A stretch of DNA of 63,925 bases, counting the filler, from Atractiella rhizophila (Eukaryota): assembly GCA_021432655.1 (NCBI GenBank). It is 4 parts of 3 records of this genome, joined end to end, with 100 filler letters (N's around TTAATTAATTAA, not from the genome) between each part and the next. Parts side by side here need not be neighbours in the genome. Positions count along the whole stretch, not along the records: positions 1 to 24,697 come from MU271215.1; 3 more parts are not named here. The stretch is one strand, 5' to 3'. Shown piece by piece: positions 1 through 15,749 of the stretch. The position numbers and the translations under genes were made by a program. The notes beneath the pieces were generated by a model, which was given only the letters and a program-made list of their open reading frames with translations, was not told the origin of the DNA and ran no database searches. Positions within the stretch are counted from its first letter, which is position 1; every line of letters starts with the position of its first letter.

Positions 1-675
1 GCGCTGGCCAGATTAATCACCTCTTTCACCTCGCAAGTTGCGAGCTCGTCCTTGTCTCCGTTCGCCTTATCGATGGGTCGGAAGATGGACTTGGTGGGAA
101 ACATGACCTTCATTCGGGTAGAAAGAGAGTCCATGATGATTGGAGGCTCGCTGATGGAGTCGTCGGGCATCATGAGCGGTTCTGGCTTCCATTCTTCCAC
201 TAGCTCGTCAATGTCCTACGTTCGAAATATTAAGAAACATAACGTGATGTCGAAGTAAGGAGAAAGGCATACGGCGTCGGTCAGCGGCACTAGGTCCTTT
301 CCACTCCGGTCCTTGTGCCTTTTCCGGCTTTGACGCCAGGTGCGAATGATGAAGTAGACGAGAGCGGCTTCGAGGATAGTTCTAAAGGGCTATTCCCGAC
401 CACGGTCAGCGCCGAAACTCAAACATAATCACAGTCATCCATGCAAGCCTTTCCCTTTTCTCTCTGATAACACAAAGAATACATACATCATTTTGATGAG
501 AAGCCACAATATACCTCCACAATATTCCACTCCCGGGCACTTTGTTTTGAAAGTCTACCAAAAGAGAGAGGGTCGAGTTGTAGTAGGACAAAAAGGCTGC
601 GAGAGGTGCGACGAGAGGAATGACGCGAGGATCGTATGTTTCTTCAGGGGAGGGAGAGGTGAAATTAAGAGACAT
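1..675 (-). CDS. LCB1: Serine palmitoyltransferase subunit 1 (5' part, runs off window)
   Basis: Spliced minus-strand translation: ...VPGSGILWRYIVASHQND|PFRTILEAALVYFIIRTWRQ...LTDA|DIDELVEEWKPEPLM...VINLAS. This matches the LCB1 N-terminal pattern (YxxxSxQNDPxR; IDELVxEWxPEPL; NLAS). GT-AG introns at about 391-486 and 216-272. Confidence 0.88.
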
Positions 676-885
676 TTTGAGTATTGTATGCTGATTACTG
701 GTTACTTATCTCAAGGAAGGTCGTTGTTCGGCTTACATGGTTTATTATACTTCGGTGCCGTTCACAACGACGATTTCGAGATTCAAGAACCAGCAGCTAT
801 TTTGCAGAATTTTTAGGAGTGGTCATAGATATTTTATTCTTTGCATACGCATACGCATAGACATAATATCAGTCAAGGCAGTAAA

Positions 886-3104
886 ATGTCTTCCCTTGGC
901 ATTCCAACACACGACTATCCACTCACGACCACCTCCAAGAAACGACTTCCCTACGCCCCACCTCGCACGCCCACCTACGACCCAACCTCTCCCAGCACCT
1001 CGTCGCATCCGCACTCTCTGCCCTACAACTCCTCATCGAACGAGCCAACCGAGTCTTCCTACTTCCTCTCTTCCCCTTCTGACCCTGCACCCAACCCCAA
1101 CATCCCCTCCCTACGCGCATCTCCAACATCCACCCCGCTCTCCCTTCTCTCCCGTCTCTTCCGCAAACGCTTGCATCCTCTCTCGTTAATNNNNNNNNNN
1201 NNNNNNNNNNNNNNNNNNNNNNNNNNNNNNNNNNNNNNNNNNNNNNNNNNNNNNNNNNNNNNNNNNNNNNNNNNGTTGGAGGGGTTGGGTTCTCACTGGC
1301 GGCGGTGGTGGAGGAGCAGGAGGAGGTCAAGGTGGGGAGGAATACGTGCATCATGCCAGTGGACACGTGTTTTGGAACGGAAAGGGAAGGCATCCCATCT
1401 TCGGATTGGTCGCCAATGCGAGTCAAGCTTGGGATTTGAAGGTCAGGAGGCAGAGTAAGACGTTGGACCAAGCGGTGAGAGAATACATCAAGAGGAATGG
1501 GAGACGTCCGCCCAAAGGGTTTGCTGAGTGGTGAGCCTCTCCATATTCATACAGTCAAGGTGGCAAGTGCTGAGGAGACGGTGTTGAGAGGTTCAACTTT
1601 GCGAAACAAAATAATATCGTGCTCATAGATGAATACACCCAAATCGCACGAGACGTCCATCCTTTCCTCTCTTCCACCCGCTTTACTCCAAAAGCGCTCA
1701 GAGCAGGTGCAAAACGAGCAGTACACCTTCACCCCTCAACGTTCCGGAAGACAAAAAGGCGGAAGTTACTATCACTGGGAACAGGAGGGAACTAGCAAGA
1801 GCCAAGGACCTGAAAGATCTCATGAAGAGATGGGTCAAGTACGTCCCGGGGAGTCAAGCTGACGATGACGGAACACGATGGACCGTCGGTATTGTTGGAC
1901 TCTGCGCAGAAGGAGCGAATGTCCCAAGCAGCGCGAGAAGGACGTTGTGCGTCTACTCCTCTTCCCTTCTACGAAACAAGCAATCTGATTTGAAAATAAA
2001 TACTAGTGCTGGCTGAGTCTGATTGGGAGAGAAAAGATGACGATGTATCTCAATGGGGGTTCAACCTCGCCTGTCCTCCCTCCTCCCGCCTGCGACGCGC
2101 TTACGATGGCCTGGAGAGCGGAGACGTTCTTCCTCGCGGACAATCATTCGTTTCGGACCAAGTTAAAGCGATGGACCTATGCCAAAACCCGGAATGGCAA
2201 ATGTTGCACGGCTTCACCTCTTGGAAAGGACCTCGTCCCGCTCTCTCTCGACCTCTATTCACAATGTCCAAGATGAGCCTGCACTCCGACATCCTCGTTC
2301 CGCCTCTGGAACAGTATCGAGACTTGGCAAGAACGGATACTGCGTGGGAGGAGAAGACCAGGAATACCACTTTCGTTTGGAGAGGTAGCACCACCGGCGT
2401 CTGGTTCAACAGAGATACTCGTTGGCGTTCTTCTCAACGCATGCGTCTTTATTGGATGAAGACCGACCCGAATCCTCGACCTGTCACCTTCCTCTCATCC
2501 GATGGGTCGACGCGGAGAGAGAATGTGCCGACGAAGGAGTTGATGGAAAGATACGCCGATTTCGCTTTTTCGGGACTCATGGCTCAATGCGATGAAGATG
2601 GGACTTGTAAAGCCGTGAAGGAGTTGATTAAGTGGGAAGAGAAGGGAATGATTTGGGACGAACAGAATTGGTACAAGTTTCAATTGGACGTGGATGGTAA
2701 TGCTTGGTCTGGACGCTTTCATCGTCTTTTGAGTTCCAATTCTGCCATCATCAAAAGCACCATTTTCCCAGAATGGTTCGTCTGCCTCTGCTTTCATACG
2801 AAATAAAGGTACATGAGGCTGAATACATGCGAACAGGTATACGGATCGCATTCAACCTTGGTTACACTTCATTCCCCTCAAAGTAGATTATTCCGACCTC
2901 TTCGACATCATGGCCTTCTTCAACGGCGACATGGATGGAAAAGGAGGGAGGGATGACATGGCGAAGAAGATAGGGGAAGAAGGGAAGAAGTGGGCGAGGG
3001 AACATTGGAGGTGGGAGGATATGGAGGCTTATTTCTTCTTGTTGACTTTGGAATGGGCGAGAGTGATGGCGGATGATAGAAGCGCTTTCGACTTCAAAGG
3101 CTAG
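886..3104 (+). CDS. Glycosyltransferase family 90 (CAP10/Cxt1-like beta-1,2-xylosyltransferase)
   Basis: Motifs HPI...RQSKTLDQAVREY...RRPPKGFAEW, WRGSTTG, YKFQLDVDGNAWSGRFHRLLSSNSAIIKSTIFPEW, WEDMEAYFFLLTLEWAR. Multi-exon, with an N gap (1191-1274) and homopolymer frameshifts around 1660-1860. Confidence 0.88.
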
Positions 3105-3643
3105 CAGGTTCGTTAGGACTTTCTGTTTCCTGGTAGAGCAGGGTTTGTTTTCAACGGACTTTTCTGGGCGACGGGTTTATGCTTCGTTTTTTTGCATTCT
3201 TTACTTCGCAACCGTTAATATTCATCCAAAAATCGAACTGCAATTCCCTGCAATGGTCGTATTCATTGTCACTCCAGGATGTTAATTTTTCCTCTGCTAG
3301 CGACCTGTTTTCTGAGCTGACACATCTGGACATCTCGCCAGCAATCTCAACCCAGCTTTAGGCGCCTATCTGGATGGTCTAGTAGACTCGCGATTCAGTA
3401 CTCGGTACTCAGCGTTCATTATCAACCCATTGTGATGTCTTGATGAAGGAACAAAGAGTGGACAAAAGGTCGATGCAGAGACATGGACGAAAATATAGTG
3501 ATTCAACAGTTATTGATAGCATTTTGGCAGAATAACACACGCGAGGCGAAGTAATGTGAAACACCAATCATGGAGAGAGAGCTAGAAGCCCCTATTGTGC
3601 TACCTACGACACAACGTCCAATGAGTTTTCAATGGAAGGAGGA

Positions 3644-5743
3644 TCACATTGAGGAGAACGCGAGGCCAAGTGCCATCGCCAATCCAGTCCAACTTGTTCG
3701 TAACATACTGGCGGGCGATCCACCATCGCCATCGGCAGAGCCACTTGATCCGTCACGGTTGCAAGAGAAATTATTGGTCGAAACGGACCCATTGGCAGAG
3801 GTGACGTTTGATCCGCCCAAACACGTCCCCTAAATCCACGTCATCTTTGACTTCTTGCCTTCTTAATGAGGAGGCTTACATTAGCTGCTACTGCTCGCAT
3901 CGCCCAGTTCTGAGGGAGCTGTCCGTATGGGAAGGAAGTTTCGAAGCCTCCAGAGGGAGACGAGGCAAAGGTTGCGAAATCGCTGCCATCTGTGGAGTTG
4001 CCACCCCAAGCCTCCCATTCTGAAATATCGGTAGCACCCAGCCAACTGACATAAAACGTAAATGCAGATGTGTTGTATGTTGCGTTCGGAAAGGTGGTAG
4101 GTGTTGCGGTCCAGTTCGTCAGGCTCTTGAAGGTTCGATAAGAAGCTGGGTTGTTCGTCGGTGCTTCGAGCGAGGCGAAATGGACGTGGTAAAGTACTGT
4201 GCCATTCCTTTGCATTGAAATAGTTAGAAACTTGGTCACAAAGTGAGACAATGACGGCGCACGAGGCAAATTCGGTGAAGTATGGGCCTACAACTCGGAC
4301 ATTAACTGGAGTGGTTCGAAACGGACTGCCAATACGCACGGGCACCCCATCCAATAAACACATTTCCATTCGGAAGTACCTATCATCTGTCTCAATGCCA
4401 ATTCGCCTTTATTCGAGAGACAAACCTGCATGCTTCCCTGACTTTCACTGACGTTGTTATACGGGGGAATATACTCTTGGACAAGAGTTGCGGTCATAGC
4501 CGTCTCGTCTACATCCAAAATGATGCCCCTTGCAGTTGGTTCATCTGGATCACCTCCTCCAATCGCATTATCGAAAAGACTCATCTGCCCGTTGTCCATC
4601 CACCTTGCATCATGTTGGAAGTAGAAAGTGCTGCCGTTTCCCATTTGAAAGTCTGACTGCTTTCCATTCAATCGCCAAAGTACGGAACCATCTGTGTGCG
4701 AGACTTTATAGATAGCTGAAGGCCCGCGCATTGAAATAAGGTAATCGCCATTGGAGTCTTTGTCCACCCTACGACTGGATTAAACGTGGACTGGTGAGGT
4801 AGGAAAAGAGGGACGAACGAATTAATGTGACAGCTTCGTCAGTGCAGAAATTAGCTCTTCCTTGATTCAGAAAGATATTGAACCCACTAATCATAAGCTG
4901 GGTCCCATGTTCAATTTTCATCCAGAATAGAAATGAAAACGGACGATTATCCTGCGACGTTCCTCCTCCATTCAAGCTAAAATATGATTCACTGATGTTG
5001 ATGTGCTCCAGGCTTCTCCACTCGAAAATGGACTGGTTCCTAGTTAGGTCCACCTCCTGGAAAACACAATCCCAAGTCCATCCGTCTGTTGGGCCGCCGA
5101 CTGAGCTCAGGTCTAGTTGTGTTACTCTCCATGAGATGGGAATAACGGTGTTGTCGGACGTTATTCGAAATTCCTGATGGTCCTTCAGATAAATGCAAAT
5201 GGAAAGAAACAAGGGACGAACATGGAAGTCAGCGCTGGCATATGAGGTTCCGTTGAGCATCCCCACTTCATGTAGAATATTATAATTTTGGTCGAGAATG
5301 CTTTTTAGGTGTCGTCAGCTTACCCGTTCTGTGCAAGGAGGAAAGAGGACATACTAGTTCAGGCCATTTCCATACCCCACGGTCGATACAGTTCCATTCC
5401 AAAAGGTGAGAACTTGCTGTCCATTGAACATCTGTGTCTGAACATTGAACGGGGCTAAGATGCTCTCTTCTGAAGCCCAAATCATGCTTCCGTTCTCCCT
5501 CATTACCAACGCCAGAGGATGCGGCGTATTCCCTCCCATATAACTCATCAGAATCGGGGCTTTGTAGGTGGCATCCGCGGCCTCCGTAAGGATATTGAAC
5601 TGAGGAGGCCCCTTTGAAGAAGTGTAGAAGGTCTGAGTAGGATTCAGACCCATGCCCCCTGATTCGTAGGATTCTGAACCGATGGAAACCGAGTCGGCTC
5701 GCGCATGATAGAAGAATAGGAGGAGCTCCAGAGCAAAAATCAT
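3644..5743 (-). CDS. Secreted arylsulfotransferase (ASST-domain), probably GPI-anchored
   Basis: N-terminal signal-like MIFALELLLFFYHARA; FEWRSLEH; spliced PYDYCHINSVDKDSNGDYLISMR; FQHDAR; SQGSMQVLPNGNVFIGWG; SYRTFK. C-terminus is Ser/Gly-rich followed by a hydrophobic tail (WTGLAMALGLAFSSM*). Confidence 0.85.
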
Positions 5744-6347
5744 GTCGTGTTCCACTGAATTCGAAGCCGTTAACTTGGAGCTCAAGTAGCAGAGGAGAAC
5801 TGCCTGGGATATTTATGACCTCTCCCTTCTTTTATTTGAATTCACTTGCGACGCATATGGTCGCTTCTGGTCATGAAACTGACGAAAGAAAACGAAAGAA
5901 GCCGCAAACGTCACTCCTGAACGCAGTACGGAATCTGTGTGCTCCACCGGCGGGGACGTTCTTTTCTGCGGATGTCACTGCCACTGGCATGCTCGCTGCT
6001 CAACGTAAACGTGTTCGATTGCCAGTATTGCTGGGTGCTGGGTGAGACAGCACCAGAGCAGTCATGGTCAACAAGTGCAACAGTCCCGCCAGCCCAAACA
6101 TCGCGAAAGGAAAGGATGCGGCAAGGTCCTTATTAATTCTAACCACAACCACAGAGTGGGAGATGACTACAGGTGCAAGGGCTCAATGTGATTTCGAAAC
6201 TATTTGGTGTAGGTGTAATAACAAGAAACTAAGCATATATGTGATTGCTCGAGGCGACAGCAACCAATTTATTTGAGGAGAGAAGAATTTAGGACGGGGT
6301 TGGAAAGCACGAATTTTACAGGACATGACTCCGGAATGTAGAGAATT

Positions 6348-8748
<2,401 letters not shown>

Positions 8749-8915
8749 CTTGTCGCGAGAAAAATAGAAAGTGGCAAAAAAATGTGACACGAAACGGTTG
8801 GTGGTGGTCGCGAAAAGTGAGAAAGAACAATGTTCGTTGCCCTAACCCTAAATCCAGTCACACCCGCGACCTTCACAAAGGCTGAACCTCACTGAACTTG
8901 ATTCCATTCCAACCA

Positions 8916-10615
8916 ATGCCTAAACGCCCTCGAGCTGCTTCAGTGGCATCTTCGACCTCTCCTCCCCTCTTTCTGCACTGCCGAAACTTCGAAAAAAATC
9001 TCGAAAACGACGCAAAACCACAGTCGAGCCAACGCCTGCCACTTCCGACAAGACCACCACTGAAACTACACCACCTACATCGGAAGAGAACGCGGTGGCG
9101 GTGGTTGCGTTGGAAAAGAGTATAGATAAGAAGGGAAAAAGGAAATCTAAAAATCAGGAGAGCTTACCATCGCTGGATGAGGCAGCCATGCCAGTCAAGG
9201 ATGAAGCTGAGCCCAACGAGCTTCAAAAGGAGGTTTCAGACCTCAAAGCGGAAGTGGAAAGGTTGAAGAAAGAGATGGGTACGAAGAATGAGGTGCGTAT
9301 TCTCTTATCCGTTTATGGAGTGAGTTGAAAGGGTGATGGCTCGACGAAGGTTCTCCATAAGCAAACCACGCTTCTTGCAAATCTGCAAACCACCCTCAAC
9401 TGCCCAATTTGTCTTGAGGTCTTGGTTCGCCCTCACGCTTTAACGTGTGGCCACATCTTTTGCGCGTCCTGCCTGTCACAATGGTTTCATCGTTCCTCTT
9501 CTCGTCCCGGAACCCCGGATGAAAATGGGCGACAACGCGTTAACCGGAAACGTAATCTCATCTGTCCATCCTGCCGTGCACAATGTCACAAATACCCACC
9601 TCTCAAACTGCCCCTCCTCATTGATCTTGCCCACACCTTACGTCCCCATCGGGGCAACCCTCTTCTAGGTGGTGACCTGGCGGATGTTGGAGAAGGACAG
9701 GATGGAGAGGAGAAGGTTCAGGGGGAACAAGACGCGACTTGGGGTGGACTGTGGGTAGGTGCTCGGGATGAGGAAGTAGTCAGCAAGATTCGTGACGAGG
9801 AGGATGGCGTGTTTAGGTGTACAGGATGTAGTTGGGAGGTTTCAGAGCGTGCTGGGAGATGTCCACAATGTGGTAGGACCTTCGCAGGCGGAGGGGACAA
9901 TGATTCGGACGCATCGACGTACGAGGACGAGGACTACTTGTCTGACGAAGGCGGCGTTTGGCCTGGCATTGACCCTCTCGACGCGGACGCATACTATGAC
10001 GAGGATTTTCTGTCTGATGGCGAGGTCGAGAATGAGAGCTGGGAATCTGACAGTCGGGACGAACATAGTCCGACGATATGCCTCTGTCAAAATTGTTATC
10101 CATACATGTCTGAAGGCGATCTGGACGACATGAGTGACATGAGCGATGACGACAGCCATTTCCAGTCGAGCAGTCAAAGCGAATCTGAAAGCTCAATCCG
10201 CGCCATATCTCCACCTGCTACAGCTCACTCAGGGAACGAAGGAGATGATGGCGCCTCTGTCAGACGCTCCGACAATCGAATCCAAGCTACGGAGCATGAA
10301 TCTCGGCGGGAGGAAAACTCGGATGATTCTGAGCCTCCCATTGCTCCTCGTGGATGGAGGAGAAGAATACCTGAAGACGAAGAGGGAGAGGAAGAGGAAG
10401 AGGAGGGAGATTATGACGCAAAAGTTGCTCGATGGAGGGAATCAGAAGAGGGGATTGAGTCCGATGAAGATGACAGGAGGGGTGGTGAACAAGAAGAAGA
10501 GGAGGAGGAGCGGTATGATCTCGAAGAAAGTGCCGATGAAGAGGACTCCGCTGTTGAAGAAAGCGGAGACGATTCTTATTTTCTTCAACAATACGACAAC
10601 GAGGATTCAGATTGA
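8916..10615 (+). CDS. C3HC4 RING E3 ubiquitin ligase, Psh1-like architecture
   Basis: Basic N-terminus, coiled coil, RING (CPICLEVLVRPHALTCGHIFCASC...CPSCR), a second CxxC...CxxC finger (FRCTGCSWE...RCPQCG) and a very acidic C-terminus. One intron at about 9293-9349 and an apparent 1-nt frameshift near 8970. Confidence 0.75.
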
Positions 10616-11049
10616 GGAAGAAATTAGCAGCATACATTTACTTTTTCGTTAGCACTGTTTTGTTAATGTGTGTAATTCTATCTGAAAATTAACCTTTTTA
10701 ACCAATACCAAGCAATCAAGACAACAGGCGACCAAGGTGAAACATCGAACAATATGAATGAGCTACAATCTCAACGTCGGATGGAATGCAGGATTAAAAT
10801 GTAGAAACTAATAAACCCGATCCGTAGATGGAGAAGGGCAGTTTCTAGGAGCTAAAATAATGGTAATATGCAACAAGCCCACGAAAGAAAGTGAATGATG
10901 ATGCAGTTGATCAACATAAACCCAAAATGGAAGGCTAAAAGGTTACAGAATGAGAAGGAAATTGGAAAGAGATCTCAGCCTTCCGTTCGGACGACGCTAA
11001 GTACAACCCAAGGATGCTCGTATCTTCTGTACCCTTTGAATCAGCAGAA

Positions 11050-12780
11050 TTTAAGGGAGAAATAAGTCACGGCCTGCCTGTCTCCAAACGAAACAGCAAC
11101 AACATCCCACTTGCCCGCAAGTTCGACAGGATATTGGGTAAAAGCAGGGCCTTCATGTTCAAGCACTTGTCAACACTTCAATCGCACTCGAAGACAGTAA
11201 AAGCTTACTACAATCGCGCAAAATCAAAAGCTCTGGACGGAAGCCATTTTTGTGCGTAAATAGGTGCAAGACGACAATGAGGGAAGAGATGACGAACTTG
11301 ACATGAGACCTATCGCAAGTGGAGCAGTAGAAACGTTCAACAGAAGGTTGATAGAAGGAGACATTCTCCGCTCCAGTCGAAAGGATGCACCATTGAGGAT
11401 CCCTCGGCTGGGTCGGTTGAAAGTTTGTCGCTCGTAAATCTCGAAGGGAGAGGTTGACGTTCACCAAAATGTTCCTGAGATCACTATAACCTCTGTCAGC
11501 ACCTGTACGAGACAGGCAGAGACGAGAGAACGAGAACGCACCTATCACCGTTGCCGTAGAGGAACTTGATGATTTCGGAGCGAATGAGAGAATCAGTATC
11601 CAGTGTCCACTCTGCACCGTGACGTTTCCTCAACATGGCAATGAATACGGGATCCAAAAGGAAACTGACCTTCTTTTCCTTGAGCACCATCGACGGTGTT
11701 GAAGTAGATGCTTCGCACATACGTCTGCGAGCTCATCTCGAGATGCTGAGGATCCTGCGCCAGCCCATCGAGAAGTGCTCGCCACTCTCTTGAACCCTCC
11801 TGAAGATCGTAAAAGACACTCTAAGCAGGCTCAGCAAAACATTGAGGATGGGATAAATGTCTACCCAATCAAAACCAGGATTCGCTTGGGCAGCGTTTTG
11901 AAGAACGAGCTCGCTCGTATAAATGGGGCCGGTGAAGTCTTCAAAATGAACCATCTCTTCCCTGGTCCACCTCATGCTGGGAGCGAAATTGAGGATTCCC
12001 ATCCCTGATGCTCGTCGTTTTATAGGTAAGCGTCTACCTCCTCTTGGGCAGAGGAGTTCCTTGAACCAACTAGGTCTTGAGCGTTCCTCAAATGTTCCTC
12101 ACGAAAGAGCTTTGACGAAGCTCTTACCTCTTCAAAACAGCTATATCAGCCCAGTTTCGCGCAACAACATGCCGGCAATAGGATAGTGTATTTGAACTCT
12201 ACGCGACCTTCCTTAAACGCCAACATCCTGTCAGATCTCGCCTATGACGCCAGTCCTTCATGGTCGTGCGGCTTGAGTGTTCGTTCGGGAATAGGCTTCG
12301 AGAACGACGCGAACGACGTCAAACAACTCCTCGAAGGGATAGCGCGCCATTGCCAAATAGGTTGCAGGCAGGTTGCCTTCTGCCCTTGAGGCTTATGACA
12401 AGGAGCACCTTCAACATCGATCAACAGATTCCCACCAGTTAGCATTCGTGGCGCATGGCTGACCATGTTCCTCTACCGTTTCTTCAAGCTCATACCGCAA
12501 CTCCTTGAATGTGGCTTAGAATAACAGGAGCAGATAAAATATGCATACCGGACATAGTTAGGTCCTGCATGGCTTCGGCTGGCTGGACATTCTTCTTGCG
12601 ACGCCCAACCAAGTTGAAGTTGGATTTTGAGAGCTCGAGTGCGATCGCAAGATCTGCATGGAAGGCGTGGCTACCATGCCCAGCTGAGCTTAGTGTTTTA
12701 TAGTGATGACTAACTGGTAAATTCAAAACCTTCCAGAAACGACCGTGGCCTCCTTCATCGCCATCGAATCAGTTTCTACT
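11050..12780 (-). pseudogene. Degenerate multi-exon gene of unknown function
   Basis: Protein-like minus-strand frames (11733-12002 and 11496-11720 are in the same frame, separated by one TGA). Recognisable introns, with further stops and frameshifts upstream. The 5' part is repeated in duplication copy 2. Confidence 0.4.
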
Positions 12781-12796
12781 GTAAGTGTGACGATTC

Positions 12797-12829
12797 ATCC
12801 AGAGCACTTAAAGATCCAGAGCACTTAAA
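12797..12829 (+). repeat. 16-bp direct repeat ATCCAGAGCACTTAAA x2 upstream of RPC10
   Basis: Copies at 12797-12812 and 12814-12829; also present in duplication copy 2. Confidence 0.9.
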
Positions 12830-12854
12830 ATTGAGGAAAGGCAGGGATTACATT

Positions 12855-13164
12855 ATGGATAGCTACCAGTCTGGCTCTGGCGTTCCTTCACATCATGTTA
12901 CCGATCCAAACAAGGATAAGGGTGAGGAAATCGAATATACGTGTGCTGGTTCGTCCTCTTTCCTTCCTTCGAGACCTTCGCTGAAAGATGGTACGAAGAT
13001 TGTTCAGTTGAGAATTCGATAAAGCCTAGAGAACCCATTCGGTGTAGGGAATGCGGGAGTAGGGTGATGTATAAAAAGAGAATCGCGAGAAGTACGTTTC
13101 AGTTTACCATCTCGTCAAATCTTTACTCATGATAAGCGCAGTGGTCCAGTTTGAAGCACGATAA
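12855..13164 (+). CDS. RPC10: RNA polymerases I/II/III shared subunit RPABC4 (Rpb12), copy 1
   Basis: Three exons: ...[45 protein letters not shown]. Zinc ribbon and the invariant QFEAR terminus. Confidence 0.96.
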
Positions 13165-13504
13165 GTGTTATTTGAGTACTCGATAGCTTGCTTTTACGGG
13201 AATCTTCAAAATCTCCTTTCGCCACCTTGACCTTGCGGTGAAGCTGACTCATTGCCCCTCCTGGTTCTGATACTAACAGCCTCCGAATGTATTCCGCTAT
13301 TTTCTTTGAGCACTTCAACTTTTGCCGTAGTACGGTGCATATTCATGTTGACGAAGTTTACAGTCGGGAAGTTTGGACTATTGTTGACATCTTTTATCCA
13401 TTGCATTCATTGCAATTGATTACTGGGAGACCGACAAGTGAAGGAAACTGGATACCTGGAACGAGACCCTTCAACTCGTTTGCTTTTGAGCCAGACCTGG
13501 TCAT

Positions 13505-14660
13505 TCAAAAATGTTCTGCAGACGGACGGAGATCCAATTCGAGAGTCCAGGCGGATTTCCTTTGGTTGTGGATGAATATGTATGCCTTCACAAGATGAGT
13601 GAGAGTAAGCGATCGGATTCAAAAAAAGGACAGGCGCGAGAAGGCGTACGTCTGCCACCTGTTCTGGACTCAAGGTCCTCCTTTCGTCCTTCATGAAATC
13701 CTCCCCTCTTTCCTTTCCGAACACTGCTCTCGTCCTATCGGTTACAATCATTCCTGTACAGGATATCAATTAAGATATCATGACAGAAAAGGATAAAGAA
13801 AAGGGACTAACCATCGATTATAAAGAAGCAACAATGGATATCCTCTTTTCCATATTCTCGTGCTATTGACTGAGACATCGCTCGCAACGCATGCTTTCCA
13901 GCTGCAAATGCAGCGAAGTTTGCCGATCCACGAATGGCTGAGGTTGCTCCGGTAATAAGGAGAGATCCACCAGGGGGATTTGCAGGGCTGGGTTGGAACT
14001 GTAAGGCTTGGTTGGTCGAGCCAGGGAAAAACTCACTCTGAGGAAGGAAGAAGCATATACTTAATAGCGTTTTGTGAGAAAGCGAAAGCAGAGATCATGT
14101 TCATGTTGGCGCTTCGTTTCAAGTCCTTCACTGCCACTGAGTAACATACTAATAAAGCTGAAAAGTCCCACCGCTTCCGTAATATCCATAAAAGGGATTC
14201 GGGACCACTGCGCTGCATTCCATACCGCACATTTGAGCCTTCCATTTGGCCAATTGGCCATAATATCCTCAAAAGCCTTGGAGAGCTGTTCATGATTGTA
14301 TTCAGGGATAGGAAACGCCTTGACCTGTAACCAAACGGGAACAGTCAATCTTCACGCTCCTGCTTCACACAAGAGGGCTTACTTCACCTCCAGCACTTCG
14401 AATCTTCTTAGCAGTGTTCTCCAAGAAGTCAGCTTTTCGAGCGATCAACGCGACCTTGTATCCCAACTTCGTCGCAAACGCTTCTCTGTCAGCGAGGTCA
14501 GGGCTTTCATTCGCGGGCAACGCTGCAAGCTCACGCAACGGCAGCACCAGTTCCTGCACCAATTCAGTACCGCGAACCTTCCTCCAAGCGAAGTAAGCTT
14601 ACCTGTTCCGTTACCCACACCAGCAACGATGCAAATATCCACTGATTGGTTCGCTGACAT
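13505..14660 (-). CDS. Short-chain dehydrogenase/reductase, copy 1
   Basis: ICIVAGVGNGTGTGAAVA Rossmann motif; VWNAA; LLITGATSAIRGSANFAAFAAGKHALRAMSQSIAREYGKEDIH; ends WTLELDLRPSAEHF*. Confidence 0.9.
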
Positions 14661-15749
14661 TACTGCTGCTTCCCGTGCGATTATTCGAGTGGGTGTCAAC
14701 TCCGCTGAACTCTGATAGCTTATATACTCCAGCTTTCAGACCTTGCGAGCCTGGTTGCGAGCCTAGGAAACGATGTTAACCCACCGCCAACCGTGTTAAC
14801 CGGTGGAGCGGAAGGCGAAGACTGTTACTTGGGTATAGCCGGTCGGCGATGATGGATTATTGTGCGATGATGGATTATGTGGAGATGCACCGGCACTCAC
14901 GAGTGCAGGTGGAGTTGGAGGTGGAAGTGAGAAGATAAGTCAAACAGAGGCTCTTCTCGCTCCATCTCTTGATTAGTCCACTAATCCAGTGCAAATGCGA
15001 CTCCCGTTGTATCTTTGGCAAGAAGCACAGTAGCCAACACTGTCTTCCTTTGGCTTGAGTTATCCGGATCCTAATAGTTGAACAGTTGACCTCCGGTTAG
15101 CCTGAGGCAGCCCTCAGGCGCGCTACGATTGGGTCGGTCTTCCACATATGATAGGTTTACCTCCGGCTAGCCTGCGTCAAAGAAACATGGTCAGGCTTTT
15201 ATGAGCCATTGTGCTTTTTGCATCTTTCTTGTCTCGAATGCTCACCCCACACTAGTATTGTTCCGCTGCGTTATTAATGTTGTCTGCTAAGTTGTTCGTT
15301 TAGATCAGGTCAACGAATCGCTTCAAAATTGTTCTTGTTTACTTTCGTGAAAGGTGCGTGTGCTATTTATGTTTCTCAAATAAGTCGTTCGTTGATGCAA
15401 TAACGTTGATCCAACAATAATCAGGTTTCTTGAGTCACATCGTTTGATGGACATCATCAGGCTCGAGTGTCACAAGCAATACTCGCCCTAAAGAATGGAA
15501 GTTCAACTGCCCAGCTCGAATGGAATGAGTTGTATCTCCCAAACCACAAAGAAACTGTACATGTTAAATTGATATCGCTTGAAGCAAGCGACGGGAGGGA
15601 GCTCCATAAGACGCGTCATCGCTTTCTCAATGTCCAACAGGCAGAGTTCTTCCTTCCTTGCAGACGATGCAAGTGTCGAAAGTGTAGAGATTGCGACCCA
15701 CTTCGGGAGAAAGGAGCGACATACCCAGGTAGAGAGACAGAATGAAATT

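Noticed and set aside
1650..1870. Frameshifts in the GT90 gene (also near 8970 in the RING gene and near 25345 in the methyltransferase) as pseudogenisation or programmed frameshifting
   Set aside because: They fall in homopolymer or dinucleotide runs, often near gaps, in otherwise well-conserved genes. Sequencing or consensus error is more likely.
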